This document shows, piece by piece, positions 17,450 through 29,303 of a stretch of DNA of 64,000 nucleotides. The position numbers and the translations under genes are program-made. The stretch comes from Acidimicrobiales bacterium (GTDB lineage: Bacteria > Actinomycetota > Acidimicrobiia > Acidimicrobiales > Bog-793), in assembly GCA_035294085.1 (NCBI GenBank), contig DATGLP010000002.1:30061-94060 (forward strand), written 5' to 3'. The notes beneath the pieces are model-generated. The model was given only the letters and a program-made list of their open reading frames with translations. It was not told where the DNA came from and searched no databases. Numbering within the stretch: position 1 is the first letter of the stretch; every line of letters begins with the position of its first letter.

Positions 17450-18756
17450 TCCGCACGCCCGAGCCGATCGTCACCGCCCGGCTCTCCTACGAGGACAGCC
17501 ACACCCTGGAGCGCTACCTCGCGACGGGCGGCTACGCGGGCCTGCGGCGCGCCCTCGAGCTCGGGCCCGAGGCCGTGCGCGCCGAGGTCGACCGGGCGAG
17601 CCTGCTCGGGCGCGGCGGCGCCGGCTTCCCTGCCGGGCGGAAGTGGTCGATGCTGCGGCCGGCGGCGACCACCTACCTCGTCGTGAACGGGGACGAGAGC
17701 GAGCCGGCCACGTTCAAGGACCACCTCCTCATCGAGCGCGACCCGCACCAGGTGATCGAGGGCGCGATCATCGCCGCCTTCGCGGTCGGTGCCGCCCAGG
17801 CGTTCGTCTTCTGCCGCGGGGAGTTCGCGCTCGGCCTCGAGCGGCTCACCCAGGCGTGCAACGAGGCGTACGAGCACGGCGCCCTCGGCGCCGACATCTT
17901 CGGGTCGGGCTTCTCGCTCGACCTCGTCGTGCACCCGGGTGCCGGCGCCTACATCTGCGGGGAGGAGACGGCCCTCCTCGAGAGCCTCGAGGGCAAGCGA
18001 GGCTTCCCCCGCATCAAGCCGCCGTACTTCCCGGCAGCGATCGGCCTGTACGGCGAGCCGACCGTCGTGAACAACGTCGAGACCGTCTCCAACCTTCCGT
18101 GGATCGTGCTGCACGGGGGGGAGGCCTTCGCCGCGCTCGGCCACGGCTCGTCGACGGGGACGCGCCTGTTCGCCCTCTCCGGTCAGGTGCTTCGGCCCGG
18201 CTGGTACGAGCTCGAGATGTCGAAGACGACCTTCCGCGACCTCATCTTCGACCCCTCCCTCGGCGGGGGGCTCGCACCGGGGCGCGAGCTCAAGGCCTTC
18301 ATCCCCGGGGGGGTCTCGGCCCCGTGGTTCGGCCCCGAGCACCTCGACCTCGGACTCGACCAGGAGGCGGTGGGCAAGGCCGGCTCGATGCTCGGCTCCG
18401 GCTCGGTCGTCGTGATGGACGACACGACCTGTGCGCTGCGCGCCGCGTGGCGCATCACCCGCTTCTTCTGGCGGGAGTCCTGCGGCCAGTGCACGCCGTG
18501 CCGAGAGGGCAGCGGCTGGCTCGAGAAGATCCTCTGGCGCCTCGAGCGCGGCGACGGTCGGGAGGAGGACGTCGACTTGCTGCTCGACGTCTGCGACAAC
18601 ATCGCTCCTGGCCTGACCTGGCCTCCCCAGATGACGACGATCTGCGTGCTCGGCCCCTCGATCCCCTCGTCGATCGCCTCGGCGATCCGCATGTTCCGCG
18701 ACGAGATCCTGCTGCACGTGAAGGAGGGCCGCTGCCCGCTGGGAGGCCGGCGGTGA
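17446..18756 (+). CDS. nuoF: NADH-quinone oxidoreductase subunit F
   Basis: GTG 17446 overlaps the nuoE TGA. ..GRGGAGFPAGRKW.., ..VVNGDESEPATFKD.., ..ESCGQCTPCREG (4Fe-4S N3). Confidence 0.95.
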   Translation: MIRTPEPIVTARLSYEDSHTLERYLATGGYAGLRRALELGPEAVRAEVDRASLLGRGGAGFPAGRKWSMLRPAATTYLVVNGDESEPATFKDHLLIERDPHQVIEGAIIAAFAVGAAQAFVFCRGEFALGLERLTQACNEAYEHGALGADIFGSGFSLDLVVHPGAGAYICGEETALLESLEGKRGFPRIKPPYFPAAIGLYGEPTVVNNVETVSNLPWIVLHGGEAFAALGHGSSTGTRLFALSGQVLRPGWYELEMSKTTFRDLIFDPSLGGGLAPGRELKAFIPGGVSAPWFGPEHLDLGLDQEAVGKAGSMLGSGSVVVMDDTTCALRAAWRITRFFWRESCGQCTPCREGSGWLEKILWRLERGDGREEDVDLLLDVCDNIAPGLTWPPQMTTICVLGPSIPSSIASAIRMFRDEILLHVKEGRCPLGGRR

Positions 18757-21419
18757 GCGAGACGGTCGCCTCGGCGCGCGTGAGCCTGACGATCGACGGC
18801 CGCGCCGTGACCGCGCACCCTGGCGAGCTCGTCATCGAGGCCGCCGAGCGCGCCGGCGTCTTCATCCCGCGCTTCTGCTACCACCCCCGGATGCGGCCGG
18901 TGGGCATGTGCCGGATGTGCCTCGTCGAGATCTCCGGCCCGCGCGGCTTCTCCCTGCAGCCCGCGTGCTTCGTGCGCGTCGCCGACGGCCAGGAGGTGCT
19001 GACCTCGTCGCCGAAGGCCCGCAAGGCGCAGGAGGGGGTGCTCGAGTACCTCCTCATCAACCACCCGCTCGACTGCCCGGTGTGCGACAAGGGCGGGGAG
19101 TGCCCGCTGCAGGACCAGGACCTCTCGCACGGGCCGGGCGAGAGCCGCTTCATCGAGGAGAAGCGCCACTGGGCGAAGCCGATCGCCATCAGCCCGCTCA
19201 TCCTGCTCGACCGCGAGCGCTGCATCCAGTGCGCCCGCTGCATCCGCTTCGCCGAGGAGGTCGCCGGCGAGGCGCTCATCGACTACTTCTCCCGTGGCGA
19301 CCGGATCGAGGTCGCGGTCTTCCCGGAGCGCCCGTTCAGCTCCTACTTCTCGGGCAACACCGCGCAGATCTGCCCGGTCGGCGCGCTCACGACCACCTCG
19401 TACCGCTTCAAGGCCCGCCCCTGGGACCTCGAGCAGGTCGAGACGACCTGCACGACCTGCGCGCTCGGCTGCCGGGTCGCCGCCCAGTCGTCGGCCGGCG
19501 CGCTCGTGCGCTACCTCGGCGTCGACTCGGACCCGATCAACCACAGCTGGCTGTGCGACAAGGGCCGCTTCGGCTTCGAGGCGACCCACGCCCCCTCCCG
19601 CCTCGTCGAGCCGCTCGTCGCCGAGGCCGGCGAGCAGCGCCCAGCGAGCTGGGCTCGCGCCCTGCGCCTCGTGGCGGACGAGCTGCGGGCAGCCGGCGCC
19701 GGCACCGATGACCCGCGCATCGGCGTCCTCGGCGGCGCCCGGCTCACGAACGAGGACGCGTACGCGTGGGCCAAGCTCGTCAAGTCCGTGCTGCGCACCG
19801 ACTCGGTCGACGCCCAGCTCGGCGACGGGGTGCCCGCCGTCCACCTGCTCGGCCTGCCGCGCGCGACGATCGAGGACCTCCTGCGCGCGCGCGCCGTCGT
19901 GCTGCTGTCGGGGGACCTGCGCGAGGAGCTCCCGGTCCTCTACCTGCGGCTGCGCGCGGCGGTGCTGTCCGGCGCGGTGTCGCTCGTCGAGTGCGGCACC
20001 CTCCCGAGCTCGCTCGCCGCGCACGCCTCGGTGCGCCTCCCCTACCGCCCCGGCGAGGCTGCTCGTCTCGCGAGCGCCCTCGCCGGGCGCGCGACAGAGG
20101 TGCCGGGCGTCGACCCCGCGTCGCTCGCCGCGGCCCGCCGCCTCCTCGAGGCCCCCGCGGGCGAGGCGGCCGGCGCGGGCGTGGTCGTCGTCGTCGGGCG
20201 CGCGTCGCTCGCGGAGTCGGGCGAGACGCTCGGGGCGGCCGCCTCGATCCTGCGCGACGCCCTGCCCGCGGCGCGCTTCTTCTCGGGTCTGCGCCGGGCG
20301 AACGTCCAGGGCGCGCTCGACATGGGCCTCGCGCCGGGCGTGCTCCCCGGGCGCGTCGCGCTCGGGGACGGCCGCGACTACTACGAGGCGGCGTGGGGGG
20401 CCCTCCCGGCGGCCGAGGGCCGGGACGCCACGGCGCTCCTCCAGGCTGTGGCCGCCGGGGAGCTCTCGGTCCTCGTCCTGCTCGGGGCCGACCCGCTCGC
20501 CGACTTCCCGGACCGCTCGCTCGCGCGCGAGGCGCTCTCGCGCGCGAGGTTCGTCGTCTCGCTCGGGACGCACCACGACGCCTCGAATCGGGCGGCCGCG
20601 GTCGTGCTGCCGCTCGCCGGGGACAACGAGCGCACCGGCACGACGACGAGCTGCGAGGGCCGGGTCACCCGCCTCGCCCAGAAGGTCCTCCCACCCGGCG
20701 TCGCCTGGCCGGCCTGGTCGGTCGCCGCGGAGCTCGCCCGCCTCCTCGGGGCTGACCTCGGCTTCGAGAACGTCGAGTCGATCGGCGAGGAGATCGCCTC
20801 CCTCGTTCCGACGCACCGAGGCCTGCGGCCGGACCTCCTCGGACGCCCCGAGTGGCGAGACGGCGTCGTCGTCCCGCTCTCGTCGGTCCCGGTCGCGATC
20901 GGGCGCTCGCCGCGGCCGATCGACGCGATGGCGACGCCGGGCATCGTGTCGGTGCCGGAGCAGGGAGCGCCGCTGTCGGCCGGCGCGGCGGTCCCGCCCG
21001 GGGGGGAGCCGCTCGGGCGGTCGGCCGGGATCGGCCGCACGGCGCCCTCGACGCTGCGCGCCGAGGCGCCGCCGACCCCGCCCGCGCCGGCGCGCCTGGA
21101 TGACTCCTCGCACCGTCTCGTCGTCACCCGCACCCTCTACGACCGCGGCACCCTCGTCGGCGCGAGCCGCTCGCTCGCGCAGCTCGCGCCCGAGCAGGTC
21201 CTGCGCGCCAACCCGGCGGACCTCGAGCGCCTCGGCGTCGCGCCCGGCGGCGCCGTGCGGCTGCGCTCGGCGCGCGGCGAGCTCGTCGTCCCGGCGCGGC
21301 CCGACGAGGGCGTGCCGAGCGGCGTCGTCGCGCTCAGCGCCAACGCCGTGGGCCCCGACCCCGGTGAGCTCGTGGACGCCACGGCGCTCGCCACCGACGT
21401 CCGGCTGGAGCGCGCGTAG
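18753..21419 (+). CDS. nuoG: NADH-quinone oxidoreductase subunit G
   Basis: GTG 18753 overlaps the nuoF TGA. ..[22 protein letters not shown].., ..[18 protein letters not shown].., ..[11 protein letters not shown].., ..CPVGALT.. 888 aa. Confidence 0.93.
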   Translation: MSETVASARVSLTIDGRAVTAHPGELVIEAAERAGVFIPRFCYHPRMRPVGMCRMCLVEISGPRGFSLQPACFVRVADGQEVLTSSPKARKAQEGVLEYLLINHPLDCPVCDKGGECPLQDQDLSHGPGESRFIEEKRHWAKPIAISPLILLDRERCIQCARCIRFAEEVAGEALIDYFSRGDRIEVAVFPERPFSSYFSGNTAQICPVGALTTTSYRFKARPWDLEQVETTCTTCALGCRVAAQSSAGALVRYLGVDSDPINHSWLCDKGRFGFEATHAPSRLVEPLVAEAGEQRPASWARALRLVADELRAAGAGTDDPRIGVLGGARLTNEDAYAWAKLVKSVLRTDSVDAQLGDGVPAVHLLGLPRATIEDLLRARAVVLLSGDLREELPVLYLRLRAAVLSGAVSLVECGTLPSSLAAHASVRLPYRPGEAARLASALAGRATEVPGVDPASLAAARRLLEAPAGEAAGAGVVVVVGRASLAESGETLGAAASILRDALPAARFFSGLRRANVQGALDMGLAPGVLPGRVALGDGRDYYEAAWGALPAAEGRDATALLQAVAAGELSVLVLLGADPLADFPDRSLAREALSRARFVVSLGTHHDASNRAAAVVLPLAGDNERTGTTTSCEGRVTRLAQKVLPPGVAWPAWSVAAELARLLGADLGFENVESIGEEIASLVPTHRGLRPDLLGRPEWRDGVVVPLSSVPVAIGRSPRPIDAMATPGIVSVPEQGAPLSAGAAVPPGGEPLGRSAGIGRTAPSTLRAEAPPTPPAPARLDDSSHRLVVTRTLYDRGTLVGASRSLAQLAPEQVLRANPADLERLGVAPGGAVRLRSARGELVVPARPDEGVPSGVVALSANAVGPDPGELVDATALATDVRLERA

Positions 21420-22615
21420 TGGGCGACCCGCTCTTCCTCCACGGCGTGGACCTCGGGGCCTTCGTCATCGCGCTCGTGAAGGTCGTCGTCGCGTTCGCCG
21501 CCCTGCTCGTCTCCGTCCTGCTCATGATCTGGTTCGAGCGCAAGGCGATCTCGGACATGCAGAACCGCATCGGGCCGAACCGCGCCGGTCCCTTCGGCAT
21601 CCTCCAGACGCTCGCGGACGGGACGAAGCTCTTCTTCAAGGAGGACCTCCTCCCCGAGCGGGCGGACCGCGTCGTGTTCCGGCTCGCGCCCTACCTCGCG
21701 CTGCTGCCCGCCTTCCTCGTCTTCACGATCGTCCCTGTCGGGGGGGTCGTCACCATCGCCCACCACGTCGTCGAGCTCCAGGTGGCGGACCCGCCGATCG
21801 GCATCCTCCTCCTCCTCGCCCTCTCGTCGGTCGCCGTCTACGGGACGATGCTCGCCGGGTGGTCCTCGGGCTCGAAGTACCCGCTGCTCGGCTCGGTGCG
21901 CGCCTCCGCCCAGATGATCTCCTACGAGGCCGCGATGGGGCTCACCGTCGTGATGGTGATCCTCGAGGCGCACAGCCTCTCGACGCGAGCCATCGTCGAC
22001 AGCCAGGCGCCGCACTTCTGGATGTGGAACGTCCTGCGCCTCGGCGTCGTTCCCTTCGCGATCTTCTTCGTCGCCTCGACCGCCGAGCTCAACCGCCCGC
22101 CGTTCGACCTCGCGGAGGGCGAGTCCGAGCTCGGCGGCGGCTTCCACACCGAGTACTCCTCGATCCGCTTCGCCCTCTTCTTCCTCGCCGAGTTCATGAA
22201 CACGGTGACGATGTCGGCGATCGTCGTCACGCTGTTCTTCGGCGGACCCGACGGTCCCGGGTTCCACGTCGTGCGCTGGCTGTGGCCCATCTTGTGGTTC
22301 GTCGGCAAGACGACCGTCTTCTGCTACGTCCAGGTCTGGATCCGGGCCTCGCTCCCGCGGATGCGCTACGACCAGCTGATGGAGCTCGGGTGGAAGCAGC
22401 TCATCCCGCTGTCGCTCGCGTGGCTCCTCATCGTCGCGGGCGTCATCGAGTCGGCGTCGTGGGGCCTCGGGCTCATCGGGGCGTGCCTCGTGGCGGGGCT
22501 GCTCCTCGCCCAGGCGCTGCGCGTCGCGCGCCGTCGTCGGGAGGCCCTCGCCGCGGCGGAGCTGCGCACCGTGGGCCTTCGACCGCTCGTCGACGGCGGC
22601 GAGGGGAGGGGCTAG
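21419..22615 (+). CDS. nuoH: NADH-quinone oxidoreductase subunit H
   Basis: GTG 21419 shares one nt with the nuoG TAG. ..[26 protein letters not shown].., ..[18 protein letters not shown].. Confidence 0.95.
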   Translation: MGDPLFLHGVDLGAFVIALVKVVVAFAALLVSVLLMIWFERKAISDMQNRIGPNRAGPFGILQTLADGTKLFFKEDLLPERADRVVFRLAPYLALLPAFLVFTIVPVGGVVTIAHHVVELQVADPPIGILLLLALSSVAVYGTMLAGWSSGSKYPLLGSVRASAQMISYEAAMGLTVVMVILEAHSLSTRAIVDSQAPHFWMWNVLRLGVVPFAIFFVASTAELNRPPFDLAEGESELGGGFHTEYSSIRFALFFLAEFMNTVTMSAIVVTLFFGGPDGPGFHVVRWLWPILWFVGKTTVFCYVQVWIRASLPRMRYDQLMELGWKQLIPLSLAWLLIVAGVIESASWGLGLIGACLVAGLLLAQALRVARRRREALAAAELRTVGLRPLVDGGEGRG

Positions 22616-22617
22616 CC

Positions 22618-23310
22618 GTGGGTCTCCTCGACGACCTCCGGTTCTTCGGCGGCTTCAAGCAGACCTTGAAGCAGGTGGTCTCGCCGCGCGTCACGACCGA
22701 GTACCCCAAGGCGAAGCGCCCGAAGCCACCCCGGCTGCACGGGCGCCACGTCCTCAACCGCTACGAGGACGGGATGGAGAAGTGCATCGGCTGCGAGCTG
22801 TGCGCGGCGGTGTGCCCGGCCGACTGCATCTACGTGCGGGGCGCGGACAACCCCGAGGACGCGCCCGTGTCCCCGGGCGAGCGCTTCGGGTTCGTCTACG
22901 AGATCAACTACCTGCGCTGCATCCACTGCGACATGTGCGTCGAGGCCTGCCCCACGGAGGCGATCACCGAGTCGAAGCTCTTCGAGTTCTCCTTCACGAG
23001 CCGGGCGGACGCCATCTACACCCGTGCCGAGCTCCTCGTCGACGACGACGGGCGGCCGAAGCGGCTGCCCTGGGAGGACTGGCGGGAGGGCGAGGACGCG
23101 CACACCTCCGGCTGGATGCGGGCGACCGCGCCGTCGGGCGCGGCCGCCTACGAGGGGACGGTGCAGTGGTCCGGCGAGCTCGGCTACGGCGTGCGGCCAC
23201 CGGAGGGCGGCCAGAGCGGCCGGCGTGACGACGCCGCGACGGGCAACATCTCGATCCGCGAGGTCGCGGCGCGCAAGATCCCGGTGCGACTCGGCGGGAA
23301 GGTGCGCTGA
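22618..23310 (+). CDS. nuoI: NADH-quinone oxidoreductase subunit I
   Basis: Two ferredoxin motifs, [12 protein letters not shown] and [13 protein letters not shown]-terminal tail of about 60 aa beyond the conserved core. Confidence 0.93.
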   Translation: MGLLDDLRFFGGFKQTLKQVVSPRVTTEYPKAKRPKPPRLHGRHVLNRYEDGMEKCIGCELCAAVCPADCIYVRGADNPEDAPVSPGERFGFVYEINYLRCIHCDMCVEACPTEAITESKLFEFSFTSRADAIYTRAELLVDDDGRPKRLPWEDWREGEDAHTSGWMRATAPSGAAAYEGTVQWSGELGYGVRPPEGGQSGRRDDAATGNISIREVAARKIPVRLGGKVR

Positions 23311-23933
23311 TGGGCGGGGCGCACCTGCTCGCCGCGACCTACCCGGACGCCGTGACCTTCGCCGTCGCCGCGGCGATCTCGCTCGCCGGCGCCCTCGGGG
23401 TGGTCCTCGCGCGCAACCCCGTGCACGCGGCGCTGCTGCTCGTCATGACGCTCTTCGGCGTCGCCGTGCTCTTCCTCGAGGAGAACGCCCAGTTCCTCGC
23501 GGCGGTCCAGGTCATCGTCTACGCCGGGGCGATCGTCGTCCTCTTCCTCTTCGTGATCATGCTCCTCGGCGTCGACGAGCGGGAGCGGATCTTCAGCGAG
23601 CGGCTGCGCGTCCAGCGCGGCGTCTCGCTCCTCGTCGCCGCCGCGGTGCTCGCCGAGGTCCTCCTCCTCGGCACGGGGCACTGGACGACCGGCGCGCGCA
23701 GCGTGAGCGCGCCGCTCACGGGGCCGGGCTCCAACGTCGCCAAGCTCGGGCGCGCGCTCTTCACGACGTACCTCGTCCCCTTCGAGGTGACCTCCGCGCT
23801 CCTGGTCGTCGCGGTCATCGGCGCTGTCGTGCTGGCCCGCCGGCCGGGCCGGCGCCCCCTCGAGGAGATCGGCGCGCGCGCTCGCGAGCCCGAGGACGAC
23901 GAGGGCGAGCGCGAGGAGGTCGCCTCGCGATGA
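23310..23933 (+). CDS. nuoJ: NADH-quinone oxidoreductase subunit J
   Basis: TGATG junction with nuoI. ..[23 protein letters not shown].., ..[21 protein letters not shown].. Confidence 0.9.
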   Translation: MGGAHLLAATYPDAVTFAVAAAISLAGALGVVLARNPVHAALLLVMTLFGVAVLFLEENAQFLAAVQVIVYAGAIVVLFLFVIMLLGVDERERIFSERLRVQRGVSLLVAAAVLAEVLLLGTGHWTTGARSVSAPLTGPGSNVAKLGRALFTTYLVPFEVTSALLVVAVIGAVVLARRPGRRPLEEIGARAREPEDDEGEREEVASR

Positions 23934-24235
23934 GCGTCGCCGCCTCGTGGTACCTCGTGCTCGCCGCCGCCCTCTTCACGATCGGCGCCGTCGGCCTCCT
24001 CGTGCGGCGGAACGTGCTCGTCATGTTCATGTGCATCGAGCTCATGCTGAACGCCGCCAACCTCACCTTCGTGACCTTCGCCCGCGAGCTGAACGACGTC
24101 GCCGGCCAGGTCGCGGTGTTCTTCGTCCTCGTCGTCGCGGCGGCGGAGGTTGTCGTGGGCCTCGGCATCATCGTCGCCCTCTTCCGCCGCCGCACCGGGG
24201 CGACCGCTGACGACGCCAACCTCCTGAAGGGCTGA
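23930..24235 (+). CDS. nuoK: NADH-quinone oxidoreductase subunit K
   Basis: ATGA junction with nuoJ. ..[27 protein letters not shown].., ..[15 protein letters not shown].. Confidence 0.92.
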   Translation: MSVAASWYLVLAAALFTIGAVGLLVRRNVLVMFMCIELMLNAANLTFVTFARELNDVAGQVAVFFVLVVAAAEVVVGLGIIVALFRRRTGATADDANLLKG

Positions 24236-24246
24236 TCGGACCGAAC

Positions 24247-26139
24247 GTGCTGCACGCCGCCTTCCTCATCCCCGCCTTCCCGCTCCTCGGCTTCGCGCTG
24301 CTCGTGGCGTTCGGGCGCCGGCTCGGCAACCCGCTCGCCGGCTGGCTCGCGACGGCGTTCGTCGCGGCGTCCTTCGTCGTCACGGCGGTCGTCTTCGCGG
24401 CGCTCTTCGAGCGCGCGCCGGCCCACCGGCAGGTCACCGAGCACCTCTTCCCGTGGTTCTCCGTCGAGCGCCTGCACGTCGGCGTGGGACTGCTCCTCGA
24501 CCCGCTGTCGCTCACGATGGCCGCCTTCGTCACCGGGGTGAGCGCGCTCATCCACCTCTACTCGGTCGGCTACATGCGCCACGACGAGCGTTTCGAGCAG
24601 TTCTTCTGCTACATGAACCTCTTCGTCCTCTGCATGCTCATGCTCGTCCTGTCGAGCAACCTCCTCGTCACCTTCTTCGGCTGGGAGGGCGTCGGGGTCT
24701 GCTCGTACCTGCTCATCGCCTTCTGGTTCGAGCGACCGAGCGCGGCGAGCGCCGGGAAGAAGGCCATGATCTACAACCGGGTCGGCGACGCCGGCTTCCT
24801 CCTCGCCCTCTTCCTCATCTTCGAGCGCACCGGCAGCCTCGACTACACGGTGGTCTTCTCTCGCCTCTCGCGCCTGTCGAGCGGGGATCTCGTCGCCGTC
24901 GGCCTCCTGCTCTTCCTGGGGGCGGTGGGCAAGTCCGCCCAGATCCCGCTGTTCCCCTGGCTCGCCGACGCCATGGAGGGCCCGACGCCGGTCTCGGCGC
25001 TCATCCACGCGGCGACGATGGTCACCGCTGGCGTCTACCTCATGTGCCGGATCAACCCGGTGCTGCACCTCGCGCCCGACGCGGCGCACGTGATCGCCTG
25101 GCTCGGCGCCGTCACCGCGTTCGTGGCCGCCATGGCGGCGACCTCGCAGACCGACATCAAGAAGGTGCTCGCCTACTCGACGGTCTCGCAGCTCGGCTAC
25201 ATGTTCCTCGCCGCCGGGTCCGGGGCCTACGTCGCGGCGATCTTCCTCATGCTGACGCACGCCTTCTACAAGGCGCTCCTCTTCCTCGGCGCCGGGGCGG
25301 TGATCCACGCCATGGACGAGGAGCAGGACCTGCGGCTGATGGGCGCGCTCGGGAGGCTGATGCCGCTCACGGCCGTCACCTTCCTCGTCGGCTGGCTGGC
25401 GATCGCCGGCGTGCCCCCGCTGTCGGGGTTCTGGTCGAAGGGGGAGGTGCTCCTCAACGCCTGGGCGGTGAGCCCGGCGCTGTGGGCGATCGGGGCCGTC
25501 ACGGCCGTGCTCACCGCCTACTACATGGGGCGCGAGTACTTCCTCGTGTTCCTCGGCGTGCGCCGCTGGGGACGCGAGCACGGCGCGGCGCTCGCGCAGG
25601 TCCAGCCGCACGACCCCGACTGGGTGATGTCGGCCCCCATCGTCGTGCTCGCCGCGTGCTCGGCGCTCGCCGGGTTCATCAACCTCCCCTTCCACCCCGA
25701 CTTCGTCCTCCTCGAGCGGTGGCTCGACCCCGTCGTGCGGCGCACGCTCCTCGTCCACCACTGGAGCGTCCCCGAGCTGTGGGCCTTCGCCGTCGCCGAC
25801 GGCGTCCTCGCGCTGGCCGGCGTCCTCCTCGCCGCCGCGGCCTGGCGCAGCGCGAGCGAGCGACCTGCCCTCGAGCCGCGCGCCCTCTACATGGCGTGGT
25901 TCCTCGACTGGGCGCTCGACCGCTTCATCGCCCGGCCGGGCACGGTGCTCGCCGAGGTGGCCAGCTCGGTCGACCGCTCCGTCGTCGACGGCGCCGTGAA
26001 CGGGCTCGCCCGCCTCGTGCGTGCGGGCGGGCAGCGCCTGCGGCGGGTGCAGAACGGCTACGTCCGCTCCTACGCCCTCGGCCTCCTCGGCGGCGTCGTC
26101 GTCCTCGTCGCCTACCTCCTCGTGCGGGCGGGCGGTTGA
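24247..26139 (+). CDS. nuoL: NADH-quinone oxidoreductase subunit L
   Basis: ..FFGWEGVGVCSYLLIAFW.., ..GKSAQIPLFPWLADAMEGPTPVSALIHAATMVTAGVYL.. (antiporter-like). Confidence 0.93.
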   Translation: MLHAAFLIPAFPLLGFALLVAFGRRLGNPLAGWLATAFVAASFVVTAVVFAALFERAPAHRQVTEHLFPWFSVERLHVGVGLLLDPLSLTMAAFVTGVSALIHLYSVGYMRHDERFEQFFCYMNLFVLCMLMLVLSSNLLVTFFGWEGVGVCSYLLIAFWFERPSAASAGKKAMIYNRVGDAGFLLALFLIFERTGSLDYTVVFSRLSRLSSGDLVAVGLLLFLGAVGKSAQIPLFPWLADAMEGPTPVSALIHAATMVTAGVYLMCRINPVLHLAPDAAHVIAWLGAVTAFVAAMAATSQTDIKKVLAYSTVSQLGYMFLAAGSGAYVAAIFLMLTHAFYKALLFLGAGAVIHAMDEEQDLRLMGALGRLMPLTAVTFLVGWLAIAGVPPLSGFWSKGEVLLNAWAVSPALWAIGAVTAVLTAYYMGREYFLVFLGVRRWGREHGAALAQVQPHDPDWVMSAPIVVLAACSALAGFINLPFHPDFVLLERWLDPVVRRTLLVHHWSVPELWAFAVADGVLALAGVLLAAAAWRSASERPALEPRALYMAWFLDWALDRFIARPGTVLAEVASSVDRSVVDGAVNGLARLVRAGGQRLRRVQNGYVRSYALGLLGGVVVLVAYLLVRAGG

Positions 26140-26141
26140 CG

Positions 26142-27713
26142 ATGCCGGCCACGGCCGCCTTCCCCTACCTCACGGCGCTCGTCCTCGTGCCGGCGGGCGC
26201 CGCGCTCGTCGTCCTCGCGCTGCCGAGGTCGGCGCGCGCCGCGATCCGGGCCGTCGCGCTCGCCGGATCGCTCGGCGTGCTCGGCGTCGCGGCGGCGGTG
26301 CTCGCCGAGTTCAAGGTCGGCGTCGCCGGCTACCAGCTCGCCACCTTCCACGAGTGGGTCCCCGCGCTCGGGATCTCCTGGAACCTCGGGATCGACGGCA
26401 TCTCGCTCTTCCTCGTCGTGCTCACGGCGGCCCTCTTCCCGCTCGTGCTCCTCGGCGCGGCCGAGCGAGAGGAGCCGAAGGCCTTCGCCTTCTGGCTCCT
26501 CGTGCTCGAGGCGGGCTGCCTCGGCAGCTTCCTCTCGCTCGACCTGCTCTTCTTCTACCTGTTCTTCGAGACGACGCTCGTCCCCGTCTACTTCCTCATC
26601 GCCGGCTGGGGGCACGAGCGGCGGGCGTACGCGGCGACGAAGTTCTTCCTCTACACCTTCGGCGCCTCGCTGCTCATGCTCGTGGGCATCGTCGCCCTCG
26701 TCGTCGTGCACGAGCACCAGACCGGCGTGACGACGTTCGACTCGCTCGCGCTCGCGTCGACGCACCTGTCGGGCGCGGCGGGCGTCCTGCTGTTCCTCGC
26801 CTTCACCGCCGCCTTCGCCGTGAAGGCACCGGTCGTGCCCTTCCACACCTGGCAGCCCGACGCCTACCGGGAGGCCCCGGTCTCGGCGACGGTGCTGCTC
26901 GCGGCGGTGATGGCGAAGCTCGGCGCCTACGGGATGGTCCGCTTCGACCTCGGGCTCTTCCCGCACGCCTCGCGAGTGGTGGCGCCGGTGCTCCTCGTGC
27001 TCGGCGTGGTCGGGATCCTCTACGGCGGCGTCGTCGCCGCGGCGCAGCGCGACCTGAAGCGCCTCGTCGCCTACTCCTCGATCGCGCACCTCGGCTTCAT
27101 CGTGCTCGGCCTGTTCGCGCTGACCGGCACCTCGGTCTCGGGCGCGGTGCTCGAGATGCTCAACCACGGCGTGTACACGGCCGCCCTCTTCCTGTGCGTC
27201 GGGATGATCTTCCGGCGGGCCGGCACCTTCTCGATGCGCAGCCTCGGCGGCGGCGTCCAGAAGGTCGCACCGGCCTTCGCGGGCGTCTTCCTCCTCAGCG
27301 CGCTCGCGGCGATCGGCGTCCCCGGCCTGAACGGCTTCGTCAGCGAGTTCCTCATCCTCCTCGGGGTCTTCCAGGTGCACCGCTACTACGCCGTGGCGGC
27401 CGTCGTCGGCGTCGTCGTCGCCGCCGTCTACCTCCTGTGGGCCTACCAGCAGGTCTTCCACGGCCCGCGCCCGGCTGTCGTCGAGGCGCCCGGCGCGGCG
27501 CCGGCGCGCTTTCGGGAGCTCACCTGGCGCGAGGGTCTCGTCCTCCTGCCCCTGCTCGGCGCGATCGTCTTCCTCGGCGTCTACCCCAAGCCGGTCCTCG
27601 ACCGGATCACCCCGTCGGTGAGCCGTGTCGTCGCCCACGTCCAGGCCGCCGCGCCGGCCACCGCGCGAACGCCGGTCGCGACGGGCGGGTCACGCAAGGA
27701 GGCAGCCAGGTGA
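26142..27713 (+). CDS. nuoM: NADH-quinone oxidoreductase subunit M
   Basis: ..GIDGISLFLVVLT.., ..FFETTLVPVYFLI.., ..KAPVVPFHTWQPDAY.., ..LKRLVAYSSIAHLGF.. Confidence 0.93.
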   Translation: MPATAAFPYLTALVLVPAGAALVVLALPRSARAAIRAVALAGSLGVLGVAAAVLAEFKVGVAGYQLATFHEWVPALGISWNLGIDGISLFLVVLTAALFPLVLLGAAEREEPKAFAFWLLVLEAGCLGSFLSLDLLFFYLFFETTLVPVYFLIAGWGHERRAYAATKFFLYTFGASLLMLVGIVALVVVHEHQTGVTTFDSLALASTHLSGAAGVLLFLAFTAAFAVKAPVVPFHTWQPDAYREAPVSATVLLAAVMAKLGAYGMVRFDLGLFPHASRVVAPVLLVLGVVGILYGGVVAAAQRDLKRLVAYSSIAHLGFIVLGLFALTGTSVSGAVLEMLNHGVYTAALFLCVGMIFRRAGTFSMRSLGGGVQKVAPAFAGVFLLSALAAIGVPGLNGFVSEFLILLGVFQVHRYYAVAAVVGVVVAAVYLLWAYQQVFHGPRPAVVEAPGAAPARFRELTWREGLVLLPLLGAIVFLGVYPKPVLDRITPSVSRVVAHVQAAAPATARTPVATGGSRKEAAR

Positions 27714-29284
27714 GCGTCCTTCTGGCCGCGGCCCTCGCCCTGCCGAGGATCGACTACACGGCGATCCTCCCTGAGCTCATTCTCCTCGGCGGCGCCCTCG
27801 TGCTCGTCACCGCCTCCGCGCTCAGCTGGCGCCAGATCCCGACCGAGGCGTACGCGAGCGCGACGGTCGGCTTCGGCGGGGCTGCGCTCATCGCGTCGCT
27901 CGTCCTCGTGCACGACGTCTCGCGTCACGGTCCGTTCACGACCGTCGCCCAGTCCATCGTCGTCGACGGCTTCTCGTCGTTCGCCCTCGTGCTCGTCTCG
28001 ACGATCGTGCTGCTCGCGGCCATCCTCGCCGCCGGCTTCCTGCGGCGGGAGGCGATCGCCGGCTGCGAGTACTACGCGCTGGCGCTCATCTCCTGCGCGG
28101 GGGCGATGTTCATGGCGGCGGCGAACGACCTCATCCTCATCTTCCTCGGGCTCGAGGTCCTCTCGATCCCGCTGTACGTGCTGGCAGGCCTCGACCGGCG
28201 ACGCGCGGCCTCGAGCGAGGCCGCGCTCAAGTACTTCATCCTCGGCGCCTTCTCCTCGGCGATCTTCGTCTACGGCATCGCCCTCACCTACGGGGCGACC
28301 GGTTCGACCCAGCTCGCCGAGATCGCCGCCTTCCTCGCCCGCAACGTCGTGACGAACGACGGCGTGCTCCTCGGCGGCCTCGCCCTCCTCCTCGTCGGCT
28401 TCGGCTTCAAGGTGGCCGCGGTCCCCTTCCACATGTGGACCCCCGACGTCTACCAGGGCTCGCCCTCGGCGGCCGTCGGGTTCATGGCCTCGATCGCCAA
28501 GGTGGGAGCCTTCGCCGCCGCGCTGCGGGTCTTCGTGTCCTCGTTCCCGACGCTGCGGTCCTCCTGGCAGCCGGTGGTGTGGGTGCTCGCCGTCCTCACG
28601 ATGGGGCTCGGCGCCCTCCTCGTCCTCGTGCAGCAGGACGTGAAGCGGCTGCTCGCCTACTCCTCGATCAACCACGCCGGCTTCATCCTCCTCGGGCTGC
28701 AGGCGGCGAGCGACCGGGGGGTGGCGGCGGCGCTCTTCTACCTGTTCGCCTACAGCCTGCTCGTCCTCGGCAGCTTCGCCGTCGTCGTCGTCGTCGGCGG
28801 CCCGGGCGACGAGGCGCACGACGTCGCGCGCTACCGGGGGCTCGCGCGCACGAGGCCCGTCCTCGCCGCGGCCTTCGCCCTCCTGCTCCTCGCGCAGGCC
28901 GGGGTGCCCTTCACGACGGGCTTCTTCTCGAAGTTCTACGTCGTGCTGGCCGCCGTCGCCGCGCACAGCTACGCGCTCGCGGTGATCGCAGTCGTCTCGG
29001 CCGCGATCACCGCCTTCTTCTACCTGCGCCTCGTCTTCTTGATGTTCGCCGCGACCGCCGTGCCCTCGCCGGTCGGCGCGGCCGACGCCGATCCGAGCCC
29101 GGCCGGCGTCGCGCTGCTCGCGCCCGCGGCGCCCGTCGCCTCCGGCGCGCGCGCGGCGGAGGTGGAGGTCTCGCCGTGGGCGGCGACGGGGATCGCCTGC
29201 TGCGTCGTCGTGACGCTCCTCTTCGGCGTCTGGCCCCAGCCCCTCATCGCCTTCGCGCACCAGGCGACGCTCCTCATCCGCTGA
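27710..29284 (+). CDS. nuoN: NADH-quinone oxidoreductase subunit N
   Basis: GTG 27710 overlaps the nuoM TGA. ..LGLEVLSIPLYVLAG.., ..KVAAVPFHMWTPDVYQGSP.., ..VKRLLAYSSINHAGF.. Confidence 0.93.
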   Translation: MSVLLAAALALPRIDYTAILPELILLGGALVLVTASALSWRQIPTEAYASATVGFGGAALIASLVLVHDVSRHGPFTTVAQSIVVDGFSSFALVLVSTIVLLAAILAAGFLRREAIAGCEYYALALISCAGAMFMAAANDLILIFLGLEVLSIPLYVLAGLDRRRAASSEAALKYFILGAFSSAIFVYGIALTYGATGSTQLAEIAAFLARNVVTNDGVLLGGLALLLVGFGFKVAAVPFHMWTPDVYQGSPSAAVGFMASIAKVGAFAAALRVFVSSFPTLRSSWQPVVWVLAVLTMGLGALLVLVQQDVKRLLAYSSINHAGFILLGLQAASDRGVAAALFYLFAYSLLVLGSFAVVVVVGGPGDEAHDVARYRGLARTRPVLAAAFALLLLAQAGVPFTTGFFSKFYVVLAAVAAHSYALAVIAVVSAAITAFFYLRLVFLMFAATAVPSPVGAADADPSPAGVALLAPAAPVASGARAAEVEVSPWAATGIACCVVVTLLFGVWPQPLIAFAHQATLLIR

Positions 29285-29303
29285 GCGCGCCCGGGCGCGA
29301 CCC

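Noticed and set aside
29285-29303. GC palindrome (GCGCGCCCGGGCGCG) in the 19-nt gap between the convergent nuoN and yajQ, as a bidirectional terminator.
   Set aside because: The stem would have essentially no loop, and there is no U-tract on either strand. It is too short to call.
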